DNA from: an uncultured Gammaproteobacteria bacterium
GTDB taxonomy: Bacteria; Patescibacteriota; Microgenomatia; JALYQM01
Assembly: GCA_964403585.1 (NCBI GenBank)
Contig: CAYOFQ010000001.1
Span: 520,630 to 584,629 of the forward strand
Length of the DNA stretch: 64,000 nt
Direction of reading: 5' to 3'
The translations under genes were made by a program, and so were the position numbers. The first letter of the stretch is position 1, and each line of letters starts with the position of its first letter. This document shows positions 22,537 to 32,718 of this stretch, one piece after another. The notes beneath the pieces were generated by a model. That model saw only the letters and a list, made by a program, of their open reading frames with translations. It was not told where the DNA came from and ran no database searches.

Positions 22537-22546
22537 TTTTTCTTTA

Positions 22547-22594
22547 ATCCCTTAAGTCAAACTCGTTCAACTTGTCACTTAAGGGATTTTTTTA
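22547..22594 (+). terminator. Rho-independent terminator
   Basis: Hairpin atcccttaagt..acttaagggat followed by ttttttt. Confidence 0.55.
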
Positions 22595-22908
22595 TGGTTA
22601 AAAATCTTCCTTTGTGAAAATCTAACATTCTCCTTTACGAGTAATCACTCACCAAATAGATCTTAAAAGTACACTATCAATAAAATATATAATTAGACAT
22701 GTCTATTGATAGTAGATATACTTCACAAACCTTAAACTAAAGTTATATTCAATTTCCGGATTGAAATCTCATTATAGTAGGATAAGAATAAATACACATG
22801 AGCGAAGTATCATCTTCAAAACTCCGATCTTCAGAATATTTAAGAATAGTGGGGCGATAGCCACTAATAGAAAGAGCCGAACACAGGAGGTGGCCACAAA
22901 CGCTAAGT

Positions 22909-24018
22909 GTGCCGCCGGTATTAGCCCCGGTCCCTGTCAAAGTCAATACAGAATATTTTGTTACGCCGCGAAGAAGCGGCGTTTATTTTATCTCAGAAGA
23001 TACATTACATGAGCTTAAAGTGGAAACTAAACAGGCACATCGACGTCGCCGGGTCGAAACAGAATCCCGTGACCAGTTCATGGAGTTGTTAGCAGATATT
23101 GCCACCGATTCCGAAAACATGGACTCAGAATCAAAATTGCACGAAATACGCTGCTTGTATATGGCCAAATATTTAGCTGACCTGCTCGGCATCGATCCCG
23201 AGAGCCGGTTATATAAATACTTTTTAATTGGGGCACTGTATCACGATGAAGGCAAGGAGGCAGATAAAATAAAACACCGAATCCGTATCAAAGGGCTGTT
23301 AAGCGACGACGACCGGAAAGTCACCCACCTTCATCCGCTTCTTGGCACACTTCGCGCGCTCATGAACGGATTGGATCCCGCCGCGGAATACGCACTTACG
23401 CACCACGCATTTTATAACAGGGAAGTGGGGCATATGAAAGGATATCCCGATTTCGTCTCCAACCCCGAACTTATTGGAATAGTGTATGGCAATCCGGATG
23501 ACGAAACGTTTGAAAGCATGGCCGTTCATTTAGGGTTTACCCTTGCCGATCAGGCACAATATATTTTTCTTAAAGAACTGCTAAAAGCTATTGATGAATG
23601 TGACGCACTATGTTCTCGGCGAATATATCGTGACAGACGTCTAACAAAAGAAGAAATGGAAACACACCTTATCAATAACAATGGCATACGTTTCAACCCT
23701 GAAGTGGTAGCACTGATAGTAAATAATATCGATGAAATACGATTTTTTCATTACCTCATGTATCGCACGCATAATCATATGATTAGCGAAATGAATTTGC
23801 CACAGCACTGGACATTTATTGATGCTCCGGTCGAGTATGAACGCTCGTTCGGAGGTGAAATTTCAGCCCGCGCCACATCACCTCTTCGGGTCAGCTGGAC
23901 CGAAATGTCGGCAGCAAATATTCATCAGGTTATGGAACAAACTAATCTGCTGTATAACGATTTTGTCACTACCACCCGACCGAAGTATCGGACCCGCCGA
24001 CCGGTACAAAAACCATAG
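22909..24018 (+). CDS. HD-GYP domain phosphohydrolase (c-di-GMP phosphodiesterase family)
   Basis: HD motif LIGALYHDEGK. HD-GYP signature HHAFYNREVGHMKGYPD. GTG start at 22909, with an AGGAGG 18 nt upstream. TAG stop. Confidence 0.7.
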   Translation: MPPVLAPVPVKVNTEYFVTPRRSGVYFISEDTLHELKVETKQAHRRRRVETESRDQFMELLADIATDSENMDSESKLHEIRCLYMAKYLADLLGIDPESRLYKYFLIGALYHDEGKEADKIKHRIRIKGLLSDDDRKVTHLHPLLGTLRALMNGLDPAAEYALTHHAFYNREVGHMKGYPDFVSNPELIGIVYGNPDDETFESMAVHLGFTLADQAQYIFLKELLKAIDECDALCSRRIYRDRRLTKEEMETHLINNNGIRFNPEVVALIVNNIDEIRFFHYLMYRTHNHMISEMNLPQHWTFIDAPVEYERSFGGEISARATSPLRVSWTEMSAANIHQVMEQTNLLYNDFVTTTRPKYRTRRPVQKP

Positions 24019-24102
24019 ACTTATCCCCGGACTTTTAATATAATACGCAGTGTAAGTATATACAGTGCTAACCCTACAAAGCTACAGAAAGAAGAGTCTT
24101 CC

Positions 24103-27081
24103 ATGTTTAAATTTCTCACTAAATTTGTCGACTCAAATGAGTCCACCATCAAAAGATATCGTAAAATTGTCGATCGGATTAATGAACTTGAGTCATCCAT
24201 ACAACAACTGGACAATGATGCCTTAAAAGGAAAAACAGCTGAATTCAAGGCCCGCCTGGAGCGGGGTGAAACGCTCGAAGATTTGCTTCCTGAAACGTTT
24301 GCCGTTGTACGAGAGGCATCACTACGCGTCAATAAACAGCGCCATTTTGACGTCCAGTTGATGGCCGGTATTACCTTCCATGAGGGCAAAGTAGCCGAAC
24401 AGAAAACCGGAGAAGGTAAAACACTGTCAGCAACCACCGCAGTTTATTTAAATGCACTCACCGGCAAAGGGGTGCATGTGGTAACCGTAAACGATTACCT
24501 GGCGCAACGCGATGGTGGCTGGATGGGTGCCGTCTATCATTTTCTGGGACTCTCTTCTTCGGTTCTTATCCACGAAACATCGTTACTGTTTGATCCTGAA
24601 TATACCAATACCGAAGCACAGGACTGGCGCCATAAACACCTAAAAAAGGTAACCCGCCGGGAAGCTTATGCTGCCGACATTACCTACGGTACCAATAATG
24701 AATTTGGTTTTGATTATCTGCGCGACAACATGGTCATGGAAGTATCCGATATGGTCCAGCGCGGACACTATTTTGCGATCGTCGACGAAGTCGACTCTAT
24801 TCTTATTGACGAAGCCCGTACCCCACTTATTATTTCGGCACCCGACACCGATCCGACAGATAAATATTACGAATTTGCCAAACTTATCGACGGCCTTAAT
24901 CCAAAACTGGATTACGTAATTGATGAAAAACTGCGTACGGCTCACCTTACCGAGAATGGTATCAATAAACTTGAAAAGAGACTCGGCGTAAACAATTTAT
25001 ACGAAAAGGATTTTGAAACAGTGCATCATGTTGAAAATGCGCTCCGGGCGCGTTCACTTTTCGAACGTGACAAACAGTATGTTGTCAAAGACGGCGAAAT
25101 AATCATTGTCGACGAATTTACCGGCCGTTTAATGTATGGTCGCCGCTACTCTGAAGGCCTCCACCAGGCCATCGAAGCCAAAGAAGGAGTTAAAGTTCAA
25201 CAGGAATCAAAAACACTGGCAACGATCTCCATTCAAAACTATTTCCGGTTATACGAAAAGCTTTCCGGTATGACCGGTACTGCCGCTACTGAAGCCGAAG
25301 AATTCCATAAAATTTATAAAATGGACGTGGTGGTAATTCCGACCAACAGACCAATGTCCCGCAAAGATTTGCCGGATTATATTTTCAAGAACGAACGCGC
25401 TAAAATTGAAGCGATCGGTCGGGAAATTGAGTCGGTTAACAAGACCGGCCAACCGGTGCTGGTTGGTACCCGGGATATCGAGCATAATGAATTACTCTCC
25501 CGATTGTTAAAGCATAAAGGCATTAAACACGAGGTGCTCAACGCCAAAAACCATCTCCGGGAAGCGTTGATTTTAGCCAAAGCCGGAGAAAAGGGCGCTG
25601 TCACCATTGCCACCAACATGGCCGGACGTGGTGTCGATATCGCACTCGGCGGCGAAGAACCAAAGAAATCACCTGAAATGAGTGATGAGGATTTTGAGCA
25701 GCAGGTCGCCGAATGGAAAAAGAAAACTCAGGAGATCAAGGATCTCGGCGGACTCTTTGTTATCGGTTCTGAGCGCCACGAATCCCGCCGCATTGATAAC
25801 CAGTTGCGTGGTCGTGCCGGTCGTCAGGGTGACCCCGGTACCACCCGGTTCTTTGTTGGTCTTGACGATGAAATCATGCGTATTTTCGGAGGGGAACAGA
25901 TTCAAAAAGTAATGTCACTTCTTAAAATGCCCGACAATGTACCTATCGAGCACCGGATGGTTTCAAACGCTATCCAAAACGCACAGACCAAAGTGGAAGG
26001 GTTCTATTTTGATCAACGTAAACACGTTGTTGAATACGACGACGTCATGAACAAACAGCGTGAAATTATTTACGGATTACGCAAGAAAATACTAGAGTCC
26101 GGTACGATCACGGAAGAGACCCGGTCGCTTCCATCCGCAGATACTGAAGAAATGAAGCAATCTGCCACTGATGCAGAAGTAGTCGAAGAAACCGGCGTGG
26201 AGTTAGCTCAAATTGAAAAAGAAATACAGGAAGTCTCGAATGTCGAGAAGTTGATCCGACAAAACTCACGAACACTCAAAGACGAAATCCTGGAAAAACT
26301 GTATAAAGAAGTTGAAATGTTAGTCGGGCTCGAGGGTGACGCGGGATTTACCGATGAAGATTATCTGCGTATCACCGACGAAATCGCCAAGATGATTCCC
26401 TTTGATGACGCCTCCCGCAAACAACTGCAGCAGGAAATTTCTGAACAGAAAGATTCACACAAAATTGTGACCTATTTAAATGATGTCGTCGCCGGTGTGT
26501 ACATGACCCGCGAGCAGCAGTTTGGTAATGAAGCGATCGCCAACATGGAGCGGGCAGTATATCTTTCAACATTGGATGAATTGTGGATTAGCCATCTGGA
26601 TCAAATGACCGCGTTGCGTGACGGTATCGGACTTCGTGCCTATGGTCAGCGCGATCCGCTGGTTGAATACAAAGGTGAAGCATTTAAATATTTCCAGCGC
26701 TTATTGAATAGTATCGACTACGAAGTAGTGCGACGAATATTCCGCGTGCTGCCGGCCAATGCCGACCAACTCTTAATGTCCAATGCTTTCAAAAACATTT
26801 ATGAAATGGGACCGGATCAGAATGCATCCAGTTCCGCTGACCTTGGTAAAGCAACGGCACAGGAACCAGGCCAATCTCAGTCTGCAGACACTACTTCATC
26901 AGCACAAGGAGATTCCAAATGGCAGTTAGCGTTCCAGCAGGCCATGAATCAGGCAGGATCACAGCCAATCAAAAATGAGTTTAAAATTGGCCGTAATGAT
27001 CCCTGTTGGTGCGGCAGCGGCAAGAAATATAAGAAATGTCACTTTCCGGAACTACCGACAGGGGCTAATAAGACCCCATAA
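24103..27081 (+). CDS. secA: Preprotein translocase ATPase SecA
   Basis: 992 aa. DEAD-like motor motifs. C-terminal zinc-binding tail CWCGSGKKYKKCH. Confidence 0.95.
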   Translation: MFKFLTKFVDSNESTIKRYRKIVDRINELESSIQQLDNDALKGKTAEFKARLERGETLEDLLPETFAVVREASLRVNKQRHFDVQLMAGITFHEGKVAEQKTGEGKTLSATTAVYLNALTGKGVHVVTVNDYLAQRDGGWMGAVYHFLGLSSSVLIHETSLLFDPEYTNTEAQDWRHKHLKKVTRREAYAADITYGTNNEFGFDYLRDNMVMEVSDMVQRGHYFAIVDEVDSILIDEARTPLIISAPDTDPTDKYYEFAKLIDGLNPKLDYVIDEKLRTAHLTENGINKLEKRLGVNNLYEKDFETVHHVENALRARSLFERDKQYVVKDGEIIIVDEFTGRLMYGRRYSEGLHQAIEAKEGVKVQQESKTLATISIQNYFRLYEKLSGMTGTAATEAEEFHKIYKMDVVVIPTNRPMSRKDLPDYIFKNERAKIEAIGREIESVNKTGQPVLVGTRDIEHNELLSRLLKHKGIKHEVLNAKNHLREALILAKAGEKGAVTIATNMAGRGVDIALGGEEPKKSPEMSDEDFEQQVAEWKKKTQEIKDLGGLFVIGSERHESRRIDNQLRGRAGRQGDPGTTRFFVGLDDEIMRIFGGEQIQKVMSLLKMPDNVPIEHRMVSNAIQNAQTKVEGFYFDQRKHVVEYDDVMNKQREIIYGLRKKILESGTITEETRSLPSADTEEMKQSATDAEVVEETGVELAQIEKEIQEVSNVEKLIRQNSRTLKDEILEKLYKEVEMLVGLEGDAGFTDEDYLRITDEIAKMIPFDDASRKQLQQEISEQKDSHKIVTYLNDVVAGVYMTREQQFGNEAIANMERAVYLSTLDELWISHLDQMTALRDGIGLRAYGQRDPLVEYKGEAFKYFQRLLNSIDYEVVRRIFRVLPANADQLLMSNAFKNIYEMGPDQNASSSADLGKATAQEPGQSQSADTTSSAQGDSKWQLAFQQAMNQAGSQPIKNEFKIGRNDPCWCGSGKKYKKCHFPELPTGANKTP

Positions 27082-27090
27082 GGAGAACTA

Positions 27091-27435
27091 ATGCAACTCG
27101 ACAGCGCTGTATTTTATTCAAACAATATTGAAGCAGTTGTCACTTTTTATCGGGATGTAATCGGGCTGGAAGTCGAGTTTGTCCAGTCTGATCGGTTCGC
27201 CTCGTTTATTTTCTCCAATGGAGTTCGACTTGGCATCAAGAAAAAAGCAGAAGAAAGAGAAGTTCCCGGCAGGCAAACAATATTTATTGGCGTTGAAGAC
27301 ATAGAAGAATACTATACTAAATTTAAAGAGATGAAAGCTAATTTCTATAAGGAGCTGACCGAAGAATCCTGGGGGAAACAATTTAGTATCTTAGACCCCG
27401 ATAATTATAAAGTACTTTTTAGGACTAAACGCTAA
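27091..27435 (+). CDS. VOC / glyoxalase-bleomycin resistance family protein
   Basis: 114 aa, with the MQLDSAVFYSNNIEAVVTFYRDVIGLE beta-alpha-beta-beta-beta module. Confidence 0.6.
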   Translation: MQLDSAVFYSNNIEAVVTFYRDVIGLEVEFVQSDRFASFIFSNGVRLGIKKKAEEREVPGRQTIFIGVEDIEEYYTKFKEMKANFYKELTEESWGKQFSILDPDNYKVLFRTKR

Positions 27436-27437
27436 TT

Positions 27438-27827
27438 ATGATAAAACTAATTAAAAAATCTGAAGCTAAAGTTGTCGACCTTGGCACCAAAGTTATTACT
27501 AAATACACCGCTGATGATAAGCAGCTCGAAATAAACCACATGACTATCCGGGGCCGCCATCCGGAAAACCCTGATCACTTTATTTATGAGGAAGGTGTCC
27601 GTTTCATGGTCTACATCACCTCCGGTAAAGCTAAAATTACCTGCGACGATCAGGTATTTGAAGTCGAACCGGGCGATGCGGTCGATGTTCCGGTAATAAC
27701 CAAATACGCGGTCGAATGTCTAACCGAAGCGGTCGAATATATCACTGCCGAAAGCCCGGCATTTTATCCCGAACAGGCGTTTATTGTCGACCGCCAGGGT
27801 AATATTGTTGAAGATACAAAGGAGTAA
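27438..27827 (+). CDS. Cupin domain protein
   Basis: 129 aa small beta-barrel pattern (GVRFMVYITSGKAKI..EPGDAVDVP). Confidence 0.5.
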   Translation: MIKLIKKSEAKVVDLGTKVITKYTADDKQLEINHMTIRGRHPENPDHFIYEEGVRFMVYITSGKAKITCDDQVFEVEPGDAVDVPVITKYAVECLTEAVEYITAESPAFYPEQAFIVDRQGNIVEDTKE

Positions 27828-27828
27828 T

Positions 27829-28365
27829 ATGAATATCGCAGTTATTTCCGACACCCACGACAACGGTACAAATCTTATCAAAGCAATTGAGATTATCAAA
27901 GGCAGAGGAATTGCAGAAGTACTCATGCTCGGTGATTTTTGCTATCCAGGAATGATGCGATACCTTGTCACAACAGGATTAAAGTTTCGCTGTATCTTTG
28001 GCAATAATGATGGCGATAAAGTCGGCCTGTATCAATTTGCCCAACAGTCTGAAGGTCGTATTCAGTGTTCCCGCTGGGAATTCGATGAATATGAAATAGA
28101 CGGCAAAAAAGTGTATGTGCAGCACCATGATGAATACGCGAGAAATATCGCGCAGTCAGGGGAATTTGCTGCCGTATTCTACGGACACAATCATACCTAC
28201 CATAATGAAAAATTGAAAAACGGAACGTTATTATTTAATCCGGGGGAAATTAGCGGGCTCGTGACCGGCTCCGTAAGTTTCGGTATCTGGGATTCGCAAA
28301 CGAATGAAGCAGAAAGAGTAGATATCCCTGATGCGGTGATAGTCAGCCCGTTTCCAAAATCATGA
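27829..28365 (+). CDS. Metallophosphoesterase (YfcE/MJ0936-like calcineurin-fold phosphodiesterase)
   Basis: Motifs ISDTHDN, GDFCYPG, GNNDG, GHNHT. Confidence 0.8.
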   Translation: MNIAVISDTHDNGTNLIKAIEIIKGRGIAEVLMLGDFCYPGMMRYLVTTGLKFRCIFGNNDGDKVGLYQFAQQSEGRIQCSRWEFDEYEIDGKKVYVQHHDEYARNIAQSGEFAAVFYGHNHTYHNEKLKNGTLLFNPGEISGLVTGSVSFGIWDSQTNEAERVDIPDAVIVSPFPKS

Positions 28366-29189
28366 GAGAAGAACGTTCAATTTACCAAGTCGAAGAATCC
28401 CGAATTCACGGACCAAAACTCGCCGATCTCCAGCGGGCCCGTGACGCAGGCAACGTTACCACCGAAGAAATCGAACACGGCGATCGGTCTGAGCTGGTTA
28501 AAAAAATGCCCTGGTGGCGGGAACAAGTAAATATCGTCATGTCTTTGGCACAAGCAGAACAGGACGGTAATCGTGCCGTCGACTTTCTACTCGAAGCCCG
28601 TGGGGTTATCACCCAGCGGTATCAGCACCGTCGGGTGTGGGAAATTGCCGCATCAGTAACAAAAGACCCGAACGACACGCGTGAACCGGCCGAGATTCGC
28701 AGTGAATATGTGATGTTAGCCGCCATGTACCGTGATATGGCCAAATATCTGATGCAAGCCGCAGCGATAACCGGTAATACCGAGTTTCTCGTACAGGCTT
28801 CACGAAATTTTGAAGAAGCCATGTGGGCATCAGATGCGTACACATCCGAAAATGCCGTAGCGACTATGGAACATGCCTCCCTTAGGCGTCGGCTCGGCGT
28901 CCCGCTCGACCACGAGGAATTCGCCGATGCGTATCAGCGAGTCTTGACGTATGGCGGACAAAACAACGACCGGGTTGCTGCCATGTCACGTCTGTATATG
29001 TATGAATCCGCTCGAAGCGGCAAATTCGGCGAAGCAGTTAATGGTTTCCGAAGGATGAAGAGCGCATTGCAGGCAGATAATCGAAGTGTTATTACGTATG
29101 TAGCGAAAGACCTGATCGGCAGACCACTTATGAATCGTAAACAACGTAACTCCGCTCGGATTTCAGCAATACACGATTTAAAAATATAA
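28362..29189 (+). CDS. Hypothetical protein, predicted all-alpha, overlapping the upstream gene by 4 nt
   Basis: 275 aa ORF with consistent codon usage. No recognizable motifs. Confidence 0.5.
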   Translation: MREERSIYQVEESRIHGPKLADLQRARDAGNVTTEEIEHGDRSELVKKMPWWREQVNIVMSLAQAEQDGNRAVDFLLEARGVITQRYQHRRVWEIAASVTKDPNDTREPAEIRSEYVMLAAMYRDMAKYLMQAAAITGNTEFLVQASRNFEEAMWASDAYTSENAVATMEHASLRRRLGVPLDHEEFADAYQRVLTYGGQNNDRVAAMSRLYMYESARSGKFGEAVNGFRRMKSALQADNRSVITYVAKDLIGRPLMNRKQRNSARISAIHDLKI

Positions 29190-29226
29190 AAGATACGTAG
29201 TAAGTCTATTGCATTCTGGGCGATAA

Positions 29227-29967
29227 ATGATATTCTCGCTCTATAAAATGAATGCTCACTTCAATTCACTCCTCGCAATACTTGCAAAAATAGCCGGTTG
29301 GTTTTTCGGAAGTGTCTTTTTATTATATGCCCTGGGAGCATTCACCAGAGGTGAGCCTATCCCCGCGCTACTGGCTTTAATTTTGACAGTTTTTTCAATT
29401 CCGTCACTTAACCGGCGGTTAACTTCACTCATAAAAAATCAGACTGGAAAAGAGCTAAAAGGAAAATCACGCGTCGCAGTCGTAACTGCTATATTTTTCC
29501 TTTTTTTCCTTGCCATCCCTACTAAAACCGACGTCAAAGATGTCGTTAAAGATGCACAACCACAGGCAACCAAATCCGCATCTCCAATCATAAATACTCT
29601 TGTAACAAAACCCTCACCCGTGCAAGAGACACCCGCTGCGACACAAGTTGCTCCGCTAATTTCGGTATCACCAAGTTCATTACAGACACCTACACCAACG
29701 CCTAAAAATTTTGTCACTGCCAAACCAACCTCCAGGCCCACGGTAACTATTGCTGCGACAGTCAAACCAACTCCGGCTCCAACCGATCTCGATCCGATAA
29801 TGCCACCACTGCCTGTCGGTAAATACACCTGCGATTGTAGTAAAACCTGCGAAAAAATCTCTTCATGTTCCGAAGCACAGTACTTGCTTAATTCGTGTGA
29901 TTGTCGGCAGCGTGATGCCGACAAAGACGGCATTGCCTGCGACAAAGCACCGCTCTATTGCGAATAG
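29227..29967 (+). CDS. Membrane protein with a PT-rich linker and a C-terminal Excalibur-like calcium-binding domain
   Basis: Two N-terminal TM helices. C-terminal CSEAQYLLNSCDCRQRDADKDGIACDK matches the Excalibur EAQ..DxDxDGxACE pattern. Confidence 0.6.
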   Translation: MIFSLYKMNAHFNSLLAILAKIAGWFFGSVFLLYALGAFTRGEPIPALLALILTVFSIPSLNRRLTSLIKNQTGKELKGKSRVAVVTAIFFLFFLAIPTKTDVKDVVKDAQPQATKSASPIINTLVTKPSPVQETPAATQVAPLISVSPSSLQTPTPTPKNFVTAKPTSRPTVTIAATVKPTPAPTDLDPIMPPLPVGKYTCDCSKTCEKISSCSEAQYLLNSCDCRQRDADKDGIACDKAPLYCE

Positions 29968-30012
29968 CTTATACCCTATTCAATATAAAAGTATCCTGTT
30001 ACACTATCATAA

Positions 30013-31626
30013 ATGAACGAATCATCAAACAGGTCAAACTCAGTTTATTCAACTACTCTGACCGAGCTAACATTGCTGGATAAGCCACGTAAACAACAGA
30101 GTTTTATAGAGCAGGTAGCGCAACTTTCTCCAAGTATTATTGCGGTATTTAATGTCAATACCGGCAATTATATTTATGTTAACAGTGCCATTGAATCCAT
30201 CCTTGGATACTCTTCTGATGATTGGACCACCGGCGGAATCAGCTTCATCTCCTCACTTGTTCATCCGGACGATTACAAAACGGTCATGGCAGAAAATCAA
30301 AAAGCCCTTGAATTGGTTAATAGCACTCCGCCGGGAGAACACGAGCCTGTATTTAATTTTGAATATCGCATCAGGCATAAGAATGGCAACTGGATCTGGT
30401 TCCATACCTTTGGCACCGTATTTAATCGGGATGCTGAGGGCAACGTAGAACACGCGTTAAACATCTCCTTAGATATAACAGCGCGTAAAGAAATGGAACA
30501 GAGTATCAAACAAAAAGAAGAAGAGCTACGAAAACTAAACAAGCAACTTGAAATGAAAATATTGGAACGTACAAAGGAACTGCAGGAAAGTGAACAAAAA
30601 CTAAGAGAAGCGCAACATATAGCCCACATGGGAAATTGGGAATACAACCTCAAGACGGGAACGATTTACTGGTCAGAAGAGATTTTTAGAATCCACGGAC
30701 TGGATCAGTCTCAGGGAGAGCCATCATATCCCGAATTTATTAAACTCTTCACTGACCCTCCGCTTCTTGAACAGAGTGTCGCCAACGCCATAAGTAAGGG
30801 GATCCCTTATGAACTCGATTTAGAGATCAAACGACCCGATGGTGAAATCCGTTATATTCAGGCGATGGGGAGACCTATTTTTAATGATGCGGGCAAATGT
30901 ATAAAACTCTACGGGGCAACTATCGATATTACCGACCGGAAAGAACTGGAAAAACGTAAAGATGACTTTATCAACATGGCCTCACACGAACTGAAGACTC
31001 CACTTACCAGTATGAACATTTTTATCGATGTGCTATCCAAGCATATTCCGGAAGACAATAAAAAGGCCAAACACTATACGCAGCGCATTAAAGATCAGGT
31101 GGTAAAACTTAAAGAGCTTGGCGATAACATGCTGGATGTCTCACGGATTCGTACCGGAAAGTTAGTGCTGGCATCTGAAAAATTCCGACTGGATACTGAA
31201 TTGAAAAAAGTAGTTGAAGATGTCCAGGTTGAATCAACGAAGCATAAAATAAAAATTTTGGAAACGGAATCAATTACAATCAGGGCAGATCGTGAACGTA
31301 TCGTTCAGGTACTGACAAATTTGTTGACCAACGCAGTTAAGTATTCACCGGATAGTGAAGACGTCCTAGTCCGTCTCAAAAGAACTGACACTGAAGTAAC
31401 TGTTAGTGTCCAGGATTTCGGCATCGGCATACCTGCAGAACAGATCGATCGGATATTTGAAAAACTGTATCAAGTCCCCGAACTGCGCGACAAATCATAT
31501 CCCGGCTTAGGCCTTGGGTTATATATTTCCAAAGAAATTATCACCAGCCACCACGGCAAAATCTGGGTGGAAAGCAAAAAAGGAACAGGCTCAACTTTTT
31601 TTGTCACGCTCCCTATAGCCAGCTAA
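30013..31626 (+). CDS. Cytoplasmic PAS-PAS sensor histidine kinase
   Basis: Two PAS domains separated by a coiled coil. HisKA H-box MASHELKTPLTS. HATPase_c G-boxes. No TM segments. Confidence 0.85.
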   Translation: MNESSNRSNSVYSTTLTELTLLDKPRKQQSFIEQVAQLSPSIIAVFNVNTGNYIYVNSAIESILGYSSDDWTTGGISFISSLVHPDDYKTVMAENQKALELVNSTPPGEHEPVFNFEYRIRHKNGNWIWFHTFGTVFNRDAEGNVEHALNISLDITARKEMEQSIKQKEEELRKLNKQLEMKILERTKELQESEQKLREAQHIAHMGNWEYNLKTGTIYWSEEIFRIHGLDQSQGEPSYPEFIKLFTDPPLLEQSVANAISKGIPYELDLEIKRPDGEIRYIQAMGRPIFNDAGKCIKLYGATIDITDRKELEKRKDDFINMASHELKTPLTSMNIFIDVLSKHIPEDNKKAKHYTQRIKDQVVKLKELGDNMLDVSRIRTGKLVLASEKFRLDTELKKVVEDVQVESTKHKIKILETESITIRADRERIVQVLTNLLTNAVKYSPDSEDVLVRLKRTDTEVTVSVQDFGIGIPAEQIDRIFEKLYQVPELRDKSYPGLGLGLYISKEIITSHHGKIWVESKKGTGSTFFVTLPIAS

Positions 31627-31650
31627 ATATAAAGAATCTATACTGAAAGT

Positions 31651-31998
31651 ATGTTCGATTATCTTTCAGTCATCGATCTTGTGGGTAAAGTTATCGATTC
31701 AATCGGTGTATTGGTTATTGTTACCGGGTCGGTCTACGCGTTATTAAATTACATTCTGACAATTTTCTCCGACGAACAAAAAAACACCTATCGCATACTT
31801 CGCGACCATTTGGGCAGAACCATTCTGCTCGGTCTTGAATTCCTCATTGCCGGTGACATTATTCGGTCGATCGCCGTTCCGCCCAGTTTTCAAAGTGTCT
31901 CGGTATTGGGAATAATCGTACTTATTCGTACCTTCCTCAGCATTGAGTTCGAGCACGAGATCAGCGGGGTCTGGCCGTGGAAGCGAAAGAGTAAATGA
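31651..31998 (+). CDS. Small membrane protein (DUF1622-like)
   Basis: 115 aa with TM helices and the LGLEFLIAGDIIRS motif. Confidence 0.5.
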   Translation: MFDYLSVIDLVGKVIDSIGVLVIVTGSVYALLNYILTIFSDEQKNTYRILRDHLGRTILLGLEFLIAGDIIRSIAVPPSFQSVSVLGIIVLIRTFLSIEFEHEISGVWPWKRKSK

Positions 31999-32037
31999 CC
32001 TCATTCTCAGCAAATACTCAATAACCACTGGTATAAT

Positions 32038-32718
32038 ATGCCCATGAGAATCCTACTAATCGAAGACGAGCATAAAATTGCCAATGCCATCAAAAAAGGG
32101 CTGGAGCAGGAAAACATTGCGGTTGATCTGGCATTCGAAGGCAATGAAGGTTACGATCTTGCTTCATCCGAAAATTACGACGGCATAGTCCTCGACCGCA
32201 TGTTACCGGGCATGGATGGCCTGCATATTGCCCAGAAACTTCGGGCGGAAAAAAATCATACACCCATTTTAATGCTCACCGCTAAAGGACAGGTTCATGA
32301 CCGGGTTGAAGGGTTAAACAGCGGTGCCGATGATTATCTGGTCAAACCGTTCGCGTTCGAGGAACTGTTAGCCCGTATCAAAGCACTGATGCGCAGACCG
32401 AAAGATACCCTCGGTACCGCACTCATAGTCGGGGATTTAACACTCAATACGATCACCTACACCGTCAAGCGGAATAATACCTTGATTCAACTCTCAAGCA
32501 AGGAGTACGCGCTGCTTGAGTATCTTATGCGCCACCCCAACCAGATTTTAACCAAGGAGCAGATCATAGCGCATGTCTGGGATTATGACGCCGACATTCT
32601 GCCTAATACCGTCGAAGTATATATCGGTTATTTGCGCAATAAAGTTGATAAGCCGTACAAAGGACCAGGCTTAATTCATACTGTTCGCGGGTTTGGGTAC
32701 AAGATAGGAGAGGAATAA
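32038..32718 (+). CDS. OmpR-family response regulator
   Basis: Receiver domain (LLIEDE..DLDRMLPGMDG..LTAKG) plus a winged-helix trans_reg_C domain. Confidence 0.9.
   Translation: MPMRILLIEDEHKIANAIKKGLEQENIAVDLAFEGNEGYDLASSENYDGIVLDRMLPGMDGLHIAQKLRAEKNHTPILMLTAKGQVHDRVEGLNSGADDYLVKPFAFEELLARIKALMRRPKDTLGTALIVGDLTLNTITYTVKRNNTLIQLSSKEYALLEYLMRHPNQILTKEQIIAHVWDYDADILPNTVEVYIGYLRNKVDKPYKGPGLIHTVRGFGYKIGEE

Noticed and set aside
22845-22905. GC-rich stem (gtggggcgatagccac...) considered as a possible tRNA or structured RNA
   Set aside because: It has no T-loop (GTTCRANYC), no D-loop and no anticodon-arm geometry, and is too short for a tRNA. It is probably just the 5' UTR of the HD-GYP gene.
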